The notes beneath the pieces were generated by a model that was not told the origin of the DNA, ran no database searches, and saw nothing but the letters and a program-made list of their open reading frames with translations. A program made the translations under genes and the position numbers. 64,000 bases of DNA from Salpingoeca rosetta. Lineage: Eukaryota; Protista; Choanoflagellata. Below are positions 1 through 17,504 of the stretch, piece after piece. The stretch lies in the NCBI GenBank assembly GCA_033442325.1, contig JAWQFM010000012.1:560122-624121 (forward strand), in the 5' to 3' direction. Every line of letters begins with the position of its first letter. Within the stretch, counting starts at the first letter, position 1.

Positions 1-104
1 GAGGCGCAGGGGGTAGACGGGTGGAAGAGTGGAAGAGGGGAAGAGGGGAGGAAAATGAAGGGAAATGAAGGACAAAGGACACGTATGCACACACACGCAC
101 GCAG

Positions 105-198
<94 letters not shown>

Positions 199-201
199 CA
201 C

Positions 202-403
202 CTGGCCTGCTGTCGTGTGGGGAGTCCAAAGGAGAGCTCTGTGGGGAGTGGGCTGGCGAGTCAATGTTGAGCATGGAGCTCTCCGTCTCAAGCTGTCGAA
301 CACTCAGCATGTCCACAAACTGCACGTACCAAGGGAGATGACACACCATGTCTATGTGTGAGCACGCACGTGTGTTTGCTTGCTTTGCTTCCGAAACGTG
401 TAG

Positions 404-438
<35 letters not shown>

Positions 439-1060
439 CGTGGAGTTGTGTTTGTGCGTGCGTGCATGAAATACAGCACAGCAGCACTTGAATGCCACGC
501 TGCCTTGTACCTCTTGATCGAGCTGAGCGAGCGAGTCTGCAGGAATGCGCGACTTCACAAACGTCAAATACTCAACAGCAGTCCGGAACACCGTTGCTTT
601 GTCCGCCTCCTGCATACACAACACAGCACGGCACAACACAACGCAGAGCGCAGCGTGTTGAGGGGTAGTGGTGAGAGTGTGGCGCGCTGGCAACCATCAG
701 CAAGCTCGCTGACATGTGTATCACTGGCAGAGAATCGACAATGTGCCGGTCCCCACCTTGACTGTCGGTACGAGAAGACGAAAGTTGTTGCAGCTTGCCA
801 CAATGTTCGCCCTGTCACCCAAACCAAGCACCAAAGCCAGCCAGTGAGTGCTGCGAACTTGCTTGCTGAGCCGCAATGCAACACAACACGGCACGCACGC
901 ACGCATACACGTGCACTCGAGACCAGCGACCACAACACGTTTCACACGACACACGAAACACGCCACCGCCACCACCACCACCGACCTTCTGAGCTTTTCC
1001 TTCTCTGTGTGACCAAGCGCTGGTTTTGCTTTCTTCCGTCCCCTCCCTGACACACAAACG

Positions 1061-1111
<51 letters not shown>

Positions 1112-1227
1112 TGTAAGTCTGTATGCGCTGAAGCAGAACATGTTGAAGAAGGCAATGGAGCCACTGCACAATGCACGCACCCACACGCACACGCAATGCA
1201 CGCACACCTCACACGCACACACGCAAT

Positions 1228-1263
<36 letters not shown>

Positions 1264-2797
1264 CATCGCCTGCTCACCTTTGAGTTGCGAAACGGATGCC
1301 TGTGGCTGAGGCAGCGTTGTCTGATGCATCGAACACGGCGAGCAAGAAAGAGGGTGTGCAGGATGTGAGGTCCGGCTGCAACAGCGGGAAAAATGCACAC
1401 CTCCTTGCACGCACACGCACACGCACACGCACACGCACACGCACCAATGCACGAACACGCACCCATGCAGGAACACGCACACGCACCCATGCAGGAACAA
1501 ATACACCCATATACGAAAAAAAAGTACAGGCACACAAACACACGAAGGCACGCGTTGCAAATCACCACACTGCTTGCTCTCCTCCATGCGTCGTACCAAC
1601 GACGATACGCACCTTCTGCGTGAAGATGTTCGTGTTGACCTGGCCGGTCGGCAGGGGCCAAACAAACGATTGTTGTCCCCCTTGCTGCTGCTGCTGCTGG
1701 TGGTGTTGGTGTTGGGGCTGTGGTTGCTGCTGATGCTGTTGCTGGTGCTGCTGTTGTTGTTGCTGCAGCTGTTGCAAGAACTGGTACTGTGTTGGGGACG
1801 CAGGCTGGAACTGTGAAGGGCTTGCTGGCTGACGTGCCTGCTGCATCACACTCTGCTGCTGCTGCTGTGGCTGCTGCTGTGGCTGCTGCTGTGGCTGCTG
1901 CTGTTTTTGTTGCTGTTGTGGAAGGGAGAACTGCCCGGATCCTGTGGGCGAGAAAGTCGGAGAAAAGCTCTGCTGCCTTTGCAGTCGTTGTTGTTGTGTC
2001 TGCTGTTGTTGTTGTGTCTGCTGTTGTGGCTGCTGTTGGGTGAAGCCTGGAGGGGAGAACGCCTGCCCACGCGAGAGCGGGGTGGACTGCTGGTGCATCG
2101 ACAGGGACGCATCGGGCACACTGCCGCTCCGGGCACGCTGTAAGGAGGTGTGGGATGAGGTAGCGTGAAGCTGCGCTAACAACAATGACGCAGGGACAAG
2201 CAGCTGGGTTTAGATACGCTACAGACAGTCACACACACACACACACACACACACAATATGGCCACTGAAACGGCACACACACACACCCTCACAAACACAT
2301 ACACCCTCACCCACATACGCACACCTTCACACACACACACACACCCTCACACACAAACACATACACCCTCACACACACACCAACGTCAATGACAACGACT
2401 TCAACAGAAACGACCACGGCATGCGTGTGCGGACCTGTCCGCCGGAGGTGAGACAGTAGCGCACGAGGGACTCTGGTTCCGAGAAGAGGGAGCTCGAGTG
2501 GTTCAGAGAGCCGTGTGACGCCTGGCGCCGATGCATTGCCGACGACGACGACGATGACGGCAGCATCGCACTTGTAGGCGACACGGGCGACTCCGGGTTG
2601 GTGTTGGGGAGGCTGTTTGATGCAAGCGGGGAGCTGTGGCGCGGCGCAGCGCGTTCTGATGGCGAGAATGTGGTGAAGGGGCCAGTGGACGTGTTCACAT
2701 CAGTCATGGAGGACGACGAGTTGACGGAGGTGAAGCTCGTATCAGGCATGTTGCCCATCAGCGCCTGTGCATCAGCTGTAACACAGTCCATGTGATA

Positions 2798-2894
<97 letters not shown>

Positions 2895-3690
2895 CGCGTG
2901 CATGTGTGTGTGTGTTAGTGATGTATGGGACAAAGGCGGTGGAGGAGGGTGTGTGGAATATGGGGCTCTGAAAATATAACACGACACAACACAACGCAAC
3001 GCAACACAGAAGCACATGTACACACGCATACAACACACCGTTGAGGAACTGGGCAAATGGTGTCCACTTGTCAAACTGTTCCTTGAGCGCCTGTGTTGTG
3101 AAGGGCTTTTGCAGCATGTCATTCATGCCGTGCGCCTGGTAGTCGCTCGTCGTGCCTGAAGAACACACACACACATGGAAGAAGAAAGACAGGGTTTTGG
3201 TGCGATGTGAGAAAGGAGTGGGCTTTGACAGCAAAGTGAAGGGCTTTAACGTGCGTCATACTTCCCATGCTGCTGGAATTTCGGTCCCGTGCACCACAGC
3301 ACACGCTACACGGCCACACAGCACCCCGCAGCGTGTACCTGATGCTGTGAAAGCGATAATCGGGGTGTAAGCGTTGAGCTGGCTGTCTGATCGAATCTGC
3401 TGCGTGGCCTGCACTCCGGAGAGACCAGGGAGGTGGATGTCCATGTAGATGATGTCAAAGTGCTGCTGTCTGCACAGCTGCAGCGCCGACTCGCCGTCAA
3501 ACGCCTGCACACCACAGAGCGGTCCATCAAAAGGGGGAGGGGGGAGGTGATGGAAGGGCGCGTGCGGCATACGAAACGGCGCAAAGCGATGTGGGCGAGA
3601 GGGTGTGAGCTTTCGGGCACATTACAACGCTGATATCATCGGCTGTGGCGCGCCACAAGGTCATTGTTGCTTGCATATCATGCCTTGTCT

Positions 3691-3750
<60 letters not shown>

Positions 3751-4538
3751 GGGCGATTTCGGTGGTGAGTTCGCGGAGGAGGGTACAGATGACGCGCTGT
3801 GTGAGGCGATCGTCCTCGACCACAAGCACGCGCGCCGCTTTCTGCACTCGCGCACGACGAGATCGAGGGGTGGGGCAAGGGCATGCGAGTTGGAGTAAAG
3901 ATGCAGCAGTGAGAAGGAGATGGGATCGGCGACACGAAAAAACAAAGCTTACACATACACACATACACATACACACACGTACACACATACACATACACAC
4001 ACACACAGAGGGACGACCAGCTATCCTAACTGTACAAGCACACAAGACTACAGCACTCAACCACAGCCAACCAACGCAAACTAACAGCCCACACTTTCTG
4101 CGAATGTGCATGTGTGTATGTGTGTATGTGTGTGTGTGTGTGCATGACGTACGGGGACTTCAATGTCGAGGTCGAGGACATCCATGTTGAGATCGCCAAT
4201 GCCGGAGAAGTCGAGCGCATCAAAGTCAATCTGCGGCGGTGGCTGCTGCTCCTGCTGCTGCGCCATGACGACGCACAAGGACGCACAAGGACGCGCATTG
4301 ACGGGCATTGACGGGCGTGGCGTGTGGGCAGGGAACACGTGCTGACGTGAGTGCTGTGTCTCCTTCAGCCATTAACAACAAAGGCGGAGGGGTGATGGGG
4401 AAAGAAAAAGAGAAAGACAGCGCACATAGACATGTACAGCTCAGGGGGAGAGAGAGTGTGTGTATCCCGCCTCACGCAACCACACAACCACACAACCACA
4501 CACACGCAGCCACACAACCACACACATTCACACACATT

Positions 4539-4569
<31 letters not shown>

Positions 4570-5286
4570 AAAACCCCCCCACCCCCGCACCTGAACGCGC
4601 TGGTTGCCCCATGTGCGGATGCAGTCGAGCAGGGTAGTCTTTGTGAATGGCTTTGGCAGGATGGCACTGAAGCCTGCTTCTTTGCACGGCAGCGATACCG
4701 CCGCCTCTGATCCGGTCATGGCAATCAGCGCCGTGTCTGCGTTTGCACCCGTCGTTCTGCGCACGTGCGTGTGGTTGTTGTTTGTGAGGTGCCAATGCAA
4801 TGCGAATGGCACCAGCAGCTACAGAGAGAGAGAGAGAGAGGCAAATCGCAAGAATTCAACTGTAAAAGCAACAAGAGGTCGGCGTGTGTGCCCATGCATC
4901 CCCTCCTTGCTCCTTTCGCCGTTCTTAGAACCCCCCTCCCCGTCCTTTTTTTTTCTCTCTCTCTCCACCTTCACACCTGATGGCTTTGGCAAGAATGAAG
5001 CCGTCAGAGACGGGTGGGTTGCACGCTGTGTCAACATCGATGAGGATGAGCCCAAACTTGGCATTGCCACACGCAGCCAGCGCCTTTTCCGCATCCGGCA
5101 CCTGCAATGCACAGATTGGCAGCGTGGAATTAGGAGTCACAGCACAGCACACCCGCACACCTCGTCTGTGGCACACCAGCACAGCACGGCATGGACATTG
5201 TTCTGTGGAACAGCGGCCCCAGCCCACCCAGCATACACGTTCACAAAATCCTTCTGACCAACGAACGCACGGCCACGCTCACATTG

Positions 5287-5322
<36 letters not shown>

Positions 5323-5479
5323 ATGCACGCACACGAACGCACACACACGCACACGCACACACGCACACACACACACACACACGAACCTGGGTGTGAGGAA
5401 CGCCGCTCTCCCCGAGCCAGGCGTGGATCAACCGCTGCAGGTCTCCATTGCCATCAAACACAAGGCAGTTGCAGTCCAT
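202..5479 (-). CDS. Tandem response-regulator receiver (REC-REC) + Ser/Gln-rich region + C-terminal bHLH transcription factor; 3' end runs off the window
   Basis: GT-AG exons in compatible phases: 5387-5479 (MDCNCLVFDGNGDLQRLIHAWLGESGVPHTQ), 4977-5101 (..FGLILIDVD..), 4591-4756 (..LIAMTG..ILPKPF..), ~4153-4260, 3749-3841 (KAARVLVVEDD..), 3339-3504 (..FDIIYMDIHLPGLSGVQATQQIR..TPIIAFTAS), 3039-3155 (..GMNDMLQKPF..), 2465-2775, 1613-2170 (polyQ), ~1278-1305, 986-1046 (GHTEKEKLRR), 757-811 (ANIVASCNNFRLLVPTVK), 511-609 (EADKATVFRTAVEYLTFVK), 202-319. Confidence 0.85.
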
Positions 5480-5550
5480 CTGTGACCACGGATGTGCACG
5501 AGGTCGTATGGGCAGCGTGTACGGGGTGGGTGGTAAGATGACAACATGGC

Positions 5551-5584
<34 letters not shown>

Positions 5585-5642
5585 CAGCAGCAGCAACGCG
5601 CGTCAAACCGCACCTCAACCGCAAAGTGTCTCACACACATGT

Positions 5643-5646
<4 letters not shown>

Positions 5647-5729
<83 letters not shown>
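5647..5729. repeat. (GA)n microsatellite
   Basis: Perfect AG dinucleotide run. Confidence 0.95.
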
Positions 5730-5732
<3 letters not shown>

Positions 5733-7779
5733 GCGAGTGCGCAGCACATACACGTTCAAACACACACATACACATGCACACAAATGCGTACACAACGCAC
5801 ACACACACAGACACACAGATACATACGAATGCATACCCCTCCCCACCCGTGCACACGTGCCTTGTTCAACTTGAGGTGCAAGCTACGATGAGGGACAAAA
5901 GGTGCCGTGCGTCACGTGGCACGGTCCTCTTCGCACAACCACCAGCTCGCCACACAGAAAGATGGGCTTGCTTGCTTCTTCGTGCTTTGTGCTTGCTTGC
6001 TTGTGCTGCCCGTCTGTTCCACAGCCAGCCAGAGCAATGCACGCCAATAACCAACAACGAGCAGCTGCCAGCAGGCAAAGACTGCTGCCAAGCAAGGGCT
6101 CAAGGAAAGTCGAGAACAGTCCCCCTGATTCTTGCGCGCCTCCACACTTCTTGTGCGTGCGTGCGTGTGTGTGTGTCTCTCTCTCTCTCTCTGTTCGCAG
6201 CCTCTCTCAAAACCACACAACAGCAAGCAAACAACACAACATCCGCGAACAACAACAAAATCAACTCTCAACCACCCCCAATCAAGGTCAAAATCCTGCA
6301 ACGGAATGGACAAGCAAGCAAGAAGCAAGCAAGCAAGCAAAAAGAAGCCAAGGCGCTCTCTCGCTCTCTCTCGCGTCATGCACACAACCGCCGCCGCACA
6401 TACAAACACAAACAGCCCGCGTTGCTCTTCTGCTCTTGTCAGCTGTGTCTGCCTGGGGCAAATAACAATAAAAAAAATCTGGGGACGACGTCATGCGGAC
6501 ATGCTATCTACCGCTGGTAAAAACTGCAGAAAATATGACAAATTCCGGGAGATCAGCATATGTCTGCGAAGTGCAACTCTTCCCGCCCCACCCCACAAAG
6601 CAATGCACACGCACACACACACACGCACGAAAACAACACAACCCGCGGCACGAGCTCCCCAAAAAAGCCAAAGGCACGACCGCAAGCAAGTCAAGTTTCC
6701 TCTGCCAGCCCCTGCCAGCCAACCAACTCTGCTCGACCCTGCCCTGCCCGCAGCTACAACTCTCTTCAACCCCCCGTCCCCCTCAGCGCCACTCGTCCGG
6801 AACCCTCGCCCCTCCCCCCCCGCTTTCGCCTCCTTCTCCACACGCGTCCGCCTTTCAAGGCAGTAGCAACTGGGAGCGAAAACAGCGCCCAAAATCCCCA
6901 GCCAATCAGCCAAGTAGAAGTCAAAGTTGCAGCAAGTCCACATCATCCTACTCGACAGCTCCACTTGACAGCTGCAACCCCGTTGCCTAAACCCGCTCAA
7001 GGTACGTTTGTGCGACACCGCTGGACGGCGTGAGTAGCCCCCGGCAACTCTGCTGGCTCGGTACGCGTCTCTGGGTCTTGCTGATCAGTCAAACGAGCCA
7101 ATCAACTCCTACTTCCAACTGTCGTTTCTGCTACTCGAAGGACTTCTCCCTTTCTCCTTCTCGACTCGCCCCTGCCCATCACGATCACGAGCCCTTAGAA
7201 GCTCGGGAAGCCCGTTTTGCTCGCTCAGGGCTGATGTGCACTGCTTCTGAGCACCGCCTAGTCGTGTTCAGACCCGCGTTCCACTTTCACCATCCCCCTT
7301 CTACCCTCGTCTTCCTCTTTCTTCGAGTCTTTGGTGGCTGCTCGTACTCTGTGTCGTTGCCTCCCGCTCTGCTCCTTTGTTGCTCGAGTTTGCGCTGTCC
7401 TTGCAAGCCTGCATGGCACCTGTTCCTTTTCTACGCCTTGTTTGCTGCTCCATGGGCCTGCTGTGCCCGCTGTTGTGGGCATGTGGTGCTGCTTTGACGT
7501 GCTGTACGCTACTTGCTGAGCTTGCAAGGCTTCTTAGTGGCACAACTTTGCCCTGCCCTGTCTCCCTTTCTCCCTGTCTCTCTTTTGTCGCTAGTACCGA
7601 GGCCTGAGCTCGGCTGCTTTCAACTCGTTTGTCTTCTCCTCCCCCCCCCCCTCTCCTGCCATGTGCTCCTTCTCTCCTGCCCTCCTGGTCTTTGCGCAAC
7701 CTCGTCAGACTCACTCACGCTCGTGTCTCCCTCCTGCTCTGCACCTGCAACCTCGTATCCGCTCCAGAAACCCACCATC

Positions 7780-10417
<2,638 letters not shown>

Positions 10418-10934
10418 ATGCCAACGCCGTGTTTTGATGCATGCGGGAGCACCCCGTTCTTTAATGCATTGCCGCCGTCGCTTGTGCGTTTGCGTGTCTG
10501 TTTATTTCATTTGCCTGCACGCAGCTGCTCCGTTGTTGTTGTTGTTGCTTGTGTGTACAGTGTTGTGTTTGCTGTGTTTCTTGACCTCCTACAAGCGTGA
10601 ATGAATCTTGCTTCTTCAATCCTTATTTGTCCCCACCCCCTGCCCACTTCACTTTGAGTTTGATGACTGAACCACGAGTTTCGTTCGTATTAGCACCCCC
10701 TTGTTTGCTTGGTGTCGTGTCGTTTGTTTCTTGGCTGTGCCTTGTGTGAAGCAGCTCACGAAATGGAGAAGCATCCCCAGCCCACGTGTTCAGCCAGGCT
10801 GCTGATGTGCAGCCTCGGTGTACTCGTGTGCAACACTTGTTGCTTCTGGTGGATTTTGCGTGCACCGCGTTTCGTTCTCTTCCTGCTCAGGCCTTCAGGC
10901 GCACTTGATATGTGTGTGTGTGTGTGTGTGTTTC

Positions 10935-11003
<69 letters not shown>

Positions 11004-11813
11004 TCCTATTGGCTTACACCTGCTGAAGTCCTTAATCAACGAGTTTGTGAATGTCAGTCACCTCTCTCAGTCTCCCCTGTTTGCTTGCACGAACTAAACA
11101 GCAATGAAGAACTTTATGGTACTGGACATCTGGAGGGAAACGGACAGATGTGGAACGTGAAACGGTGCAGGCGGCGGTGGTTTAGGGAGAAGATGGTGGG
11201 GGCCAAGCTGAGTTTAGTCAGAGTGGCAGGCAGGAAGATACAGACACACAGGCCAATTGGAAGGGGGGGGGGTTGGATGTGGTGTACAGAAGCCAGAGGG
11301 TACAGAACCGCACAGTGCGTTTGATTTAAGACCGCGGCTTCCTCCAGTTGATCGCAAAGGCACATGGGCCCCGTCTTCATGGTTTGTGTGGAGTATTGTG
11401 GCTTCAGGCGTTGTTGCTCTTGCAGGCTTTTCATCCTGTGTGCTTTCGTGCTTTGCTCTCTTGCCTGCCTTTCGTGGCTGCGTTGTTGCCTTGCTCTTCC
11501 CTTGTGGCCTTTTCCCTTCTCAGCTTCTCTTCGTCTTGTTGCGCTGTTGCTTGCCTGCTTGCTTGCTTTGTGTTGTTGCTGTGTTTGCGTTTGTTTTGCG
11601 CTGTTTGCTCGTCGTGCCCCTCCCTCTTCTTTTTTTCTGTTGCTGTGTGCCTTGCGACTTGTGCGAAACGCGAAAATCAAGTCCGCCGAAAATTGGCAAC
11701 CACATTCGGCAAATTTTACGTGGAGTTTCTTTGATGTATTGCAGGAGGGTTTCTAATTGTTCGGGCAATTCTGGCTCACGCGCAAAGTGCGCATGTGCCT
11801 GGCGAGCGAGCTG

Positions 11814-12761
11814 ATGAGCGTTCTCGCGTTGTCGTTGTGCATAGGTGCGTGGTCTTCTTCTTGGTCTGACCTGCTGGTGCGGTGGCTTGTGGAGGGAAAG
11901 GGATTTCTGTGGGTAGTGCAGCTCACCCACGCATCGTGCACGACAAGAACAACAACACAATAACAACAACAACAACAACAACAACCAGCACACGGCAAAG
12001 GTGGACCTTGTGCTCAGCTTAAATGGATTGTTTGTGGTGTGTGGTTGTCGCCTAGCTGTTCGTGTGTGTCGACACAACCACTGATTGGGTCATGTTTGTC
12101 CCGCTGTGCAGGTTGCCAGCAGTTGGACATTTCTCAATCAAGTGCAATCCATTCTGCAATTTGCAAACCGTCCGTGCAAACAAAACCGTGCACAGTCGTG
12201 AAACCGTTTTCGTTGCTTGATCTCGATCTTGATTGATTGTTGTCGTTGTTTGTTTTGTGGGTTGTAGTTTGCTGTTGAGGTGAGCTGTTCATTCCACCCG
12301 CACCACCTGCCACACGGGACGCACACAGACGCACACAGACCACACAGTACACACAATACACACAATACACACAGTACACACAGTACACACACGCAACAAG
12401 GAGCCAGCATGAAGTTTGAGGTTGTTGCTTCCCTGGATCACGAGTACGTCGAGTGAAGGATTGACACGCATGACGTGTTTGTCGCTTGTTTATGTTTCAG
12501 GTCCTTCACAGCTGCCGATGCAACCTCTCTCACAGCGATTGCTGCTTATTCCATTGCATGTCGGTAGGTTGCCATGCTTCACAACAGCGATTCGGAAAGA
12601 CGAGAAGGAGATTTCCGTGGGTCGCAAGGATGGCACTGTCGCGGTACGTGCCAGGAAAGGAAGTAAAGGTCATTCATTGGTGTTCTCTTGCAGCACACGC
12701 TTCAAATTGAACTCCCATCCTTAATCCTCACACCATGCACTCTCACACGCACCCTCACACG

Positions 12762-12816
<55 letters not shown>

Positions 12817-14881
12817 TTACGCACACACACACACACACGCACACACACACACATGCACACACACACACGCACAACCTTGCTTTCTTACGCCCTACCCCCT
12901 ACTCATTCCTCCGTCGGTCACTGATCCTCATGGGGCTCATGCAGGTGTACAAGTTGGAGGATGCCACGCTCTCCCTCTCAAACATCCTCGAGGCACCCTC
13001 AACGGGGTTGCCCATGCCAGTCATGGACATCAAATACCTTCCGCCGTCGGCTGACAATGCCCTCGGCAACATCGCCATCTGCGCCGGTGCGTGCACACAC
13101 GCATGCGCACTGCGCACCTGTTTGTTTGTGTGCGTGTGTGTTTGTGTATTTGTATTTGTGTGTGTGTGTGTGCGTGTGTGTGTGTGTGTGTGTGCGTGTG
13201 TGTGTGTGTGTGTGTGCGTGTGGATGTGCGTGCGCGCACGTTTTTGTGTATGGCTGTTGCTCAAGCACTGTCACACATGCCATGTGCCCACCGTGCAACT
13301 GATTCTCACTTTGTGCATCGCACCGTGTTCATGCGCCAGACGCATCTGGGTTTATCCGGGCATGGCACACATCCTCCGCGCAGATTTTGCACTCCGTTCA
13401 AAGTTCGTATGCTTGGCACCGTTGCCACCGCCGTTGGTTGTGTGCTCTGTGCTACATCGAATACAGCACCGGCAGTTCTCACCATAAAGTGGGGTACCCT
13501 TGTGCTTCAATGCCGTGCACAGGCAGGTCCAAGGAGCCCGCATTCACGTGCATGGATGTCAGCGAGACACAGGTGCGATGCATGGATACCTGGAAGCGTG
13601 AGCGCGCGCATGCGTGCGCTGTGGAATGAGTATCAGCGACCTCATTAGCAATGGCCAAGATGGCACGTGCGCGCATGCTCATGTCCCTGACATTGATGTG
13701 TGCCCACAACCCCCTGTATCCACATCAGATCGTTGCGTCCGGCTATGATCACCTCCTTCACGTTTACGATCTCGAAACCTTCAAGCCGCAGCAAACCCTT
13801 GGCATGACGTACGAACACGCGCGCGCGCGCGTGTGTTGTGGATGTGAGAGTGTGTCGTGGATGTGCGTGTGAGTGTGAGCGAGTGTGTGTCGTGGATGTG
13901 CGTGTGAGTGTGAGCGAGTGTGTGTCGTGGATGTGAGTGAGTGTGTGAGCGAGTGTGTGTCGTGTATGTGAGTGCGTGTGTATGTCATGCGCGCGCGTGT
14001 GTAGTGTTGCAGCGATGTGGTTTGTTTTCCATGATGCTGTTGTTGTCTCACCCGCGAATCATACACCCCCCTCTCTCCATACCCTCGTCCTTCCCTCCTG
14101 CGCCCCTTTCCCCCACACAGGACGGCCGAGCTTGGTGCCATGAGCGAGGAAGGCATCATCTCCCACACCAACCGCGTGTTCTCCTGCTTGTTCCACCCAA
14201 CAGAGCGCAACATTGTGCTGTCTGGCGGCTGGGACCGCACCGTCATGGTGTGGGACACGCGGCAGCAGAACCCCGTGAGCCATCTTTCGGGGCCATACAT
14301 CGCCGGCGACGCCATGTCGTTTGATGCCTCTGGCGATAAGCTGTACACGGCCAGCTACGATCCGCACACAGGTCTTGAGTGCTGGGACTTTCGCAACCTC
14401 ACCTCGGCCTGGCGAAGCTCTGGCGACCAGGAGACACACCTCTACAGCTGCAAAGTACGGTCTTGCTCTGTGTGTATGTGTTTGTGTGTGTGTGTGTGCG
14501 CGTGCGTGTATGTGCGTGCGTGTATGTGTGTGTATGTGTGTGTGCTGTGGCGTCGGGGATTGATTGGATGAACGAAGCGTCTCACTCTCTTTACCTTCGC
14601 TTTGAATAGGCGAGCAACCACGGTTACGTCGTGTGCTGTGGCAGCCAGCCCAACCAGACACTTGTCGTCGAGGAAACAAATGGAAAGGTGCGGTGTGCTT
14701 GTGTGTGTGTGTGTGTGCTTGTGTGTGTGTGCTTGTCTGTGGATTGTGTGCGTGTCTATGGATTGTGTGCGTGTCTGTGGATTGTGCTCACTCAATCTCA
14801 TCACCCCCCTCTGCAACACATACACACACATACACACACATACACACACACACACTTGAATGCTCGCTCCATGTTCTTCTC

Positions 14882-14941
<60 letters not shown>

Positions 14942-15124
14942 CACACACACACACTCACACACTCGTACACTCGTCTTCAGGTGATTGGGCGGGCGCCGTT
15001 TGAACATGCCCTGTTTGACATCAAGTTGTTACGTGACGATTCACATTTCATTGTCACGGGCGATCAAACGCTGTCCTTGGTGTCCCTGTCTACCACCGCC
15101 GCCACCACCTCCTCCGCCCAGTAA
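11814..15124 (+). CDS. WD40-repeat protein (start uncertain)
   Basis: Exons encode [11 protein letters not shown]|[82 protein letters not shown], and [15 protein letters not shown] (stop at 15124). Confidence 0.85.
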
Positions 15125-15358
15125 ACGTTTGCTTCCGTTGCGAGACAGCGTATGCACTCACTGTGCTTCACTGGTGTAACATGCCACGATGTGGATCACA
15201 TGTCACATCATCATTTCGCCCACAGCCGCTGCGATTGTTACGTGATGATGTGATGTGAAATGAGGTGATGTGATGTGACACACGCAGCAGTTACATTGCA
15301 CGCGTCAGTTACACATGACATGCGAGACGCACAAGGAGCAACAACACAGCAAAGTTGA

Positions 15359-16947
<1,589 letters not shown>

Positions 16948-17504
16948 TTTGTGTGTGTGTGTGTGTGTGTATGTGTGTGTGTGTGTGTGTGTAGCATTTC
17001 AGTTGCTCTTGTTTCTTGTCTCGCGACGCATATGCCAGTTGTTGTGGTTTATTGCCTCGTCATTGCCTCGGCTTGTTGTTGCCGATGGTGTTGCCGGCAA
17101 ACCGTGTAGGCACATCACACAAGACACAAGATGTCCACACATTGAAACGACAGGTGCACACAAGGCCACGTACACACGCCCGTAGGCGACAAAACAGAAC
17201 CCACATCAAACACTCAAGAGAAAGCATTTCACTTGACATTGAAGCATCCCGCAACCGCACGCACGCGGGTCATTAAGATGAACACAGGCCAGCCACCGTG
17301 TGGCATCGTATGTGGCAAAAACATGGAAACAACACCACAACAACGTCAACAGGGTGTCAACTCTCTCACACACACACACACACACACATTCACATCACGC
17401 ATTCACATCACGCATTCACACACATTCACATCACGCATTCACACACATTCACGCATTCACACACACGCATTCACACAATCACAATCACACACCATGTCCT
17501 CTGT

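Noticed and set aside
5911-5920. GTCACGTGGC E-box upstream of the REC-bHLH gene (autoregulation?)
   Set aside because: CACGTG arises often where CA and TG repeats meet, so a single site is not significant
6899-7104. Two AGCCAATCA (CCAAT-box-like) motifs between the divergent REC-bHLH and UBE2E genes
   Set aside because: Plausible promoter elements but unsupported without TSS data
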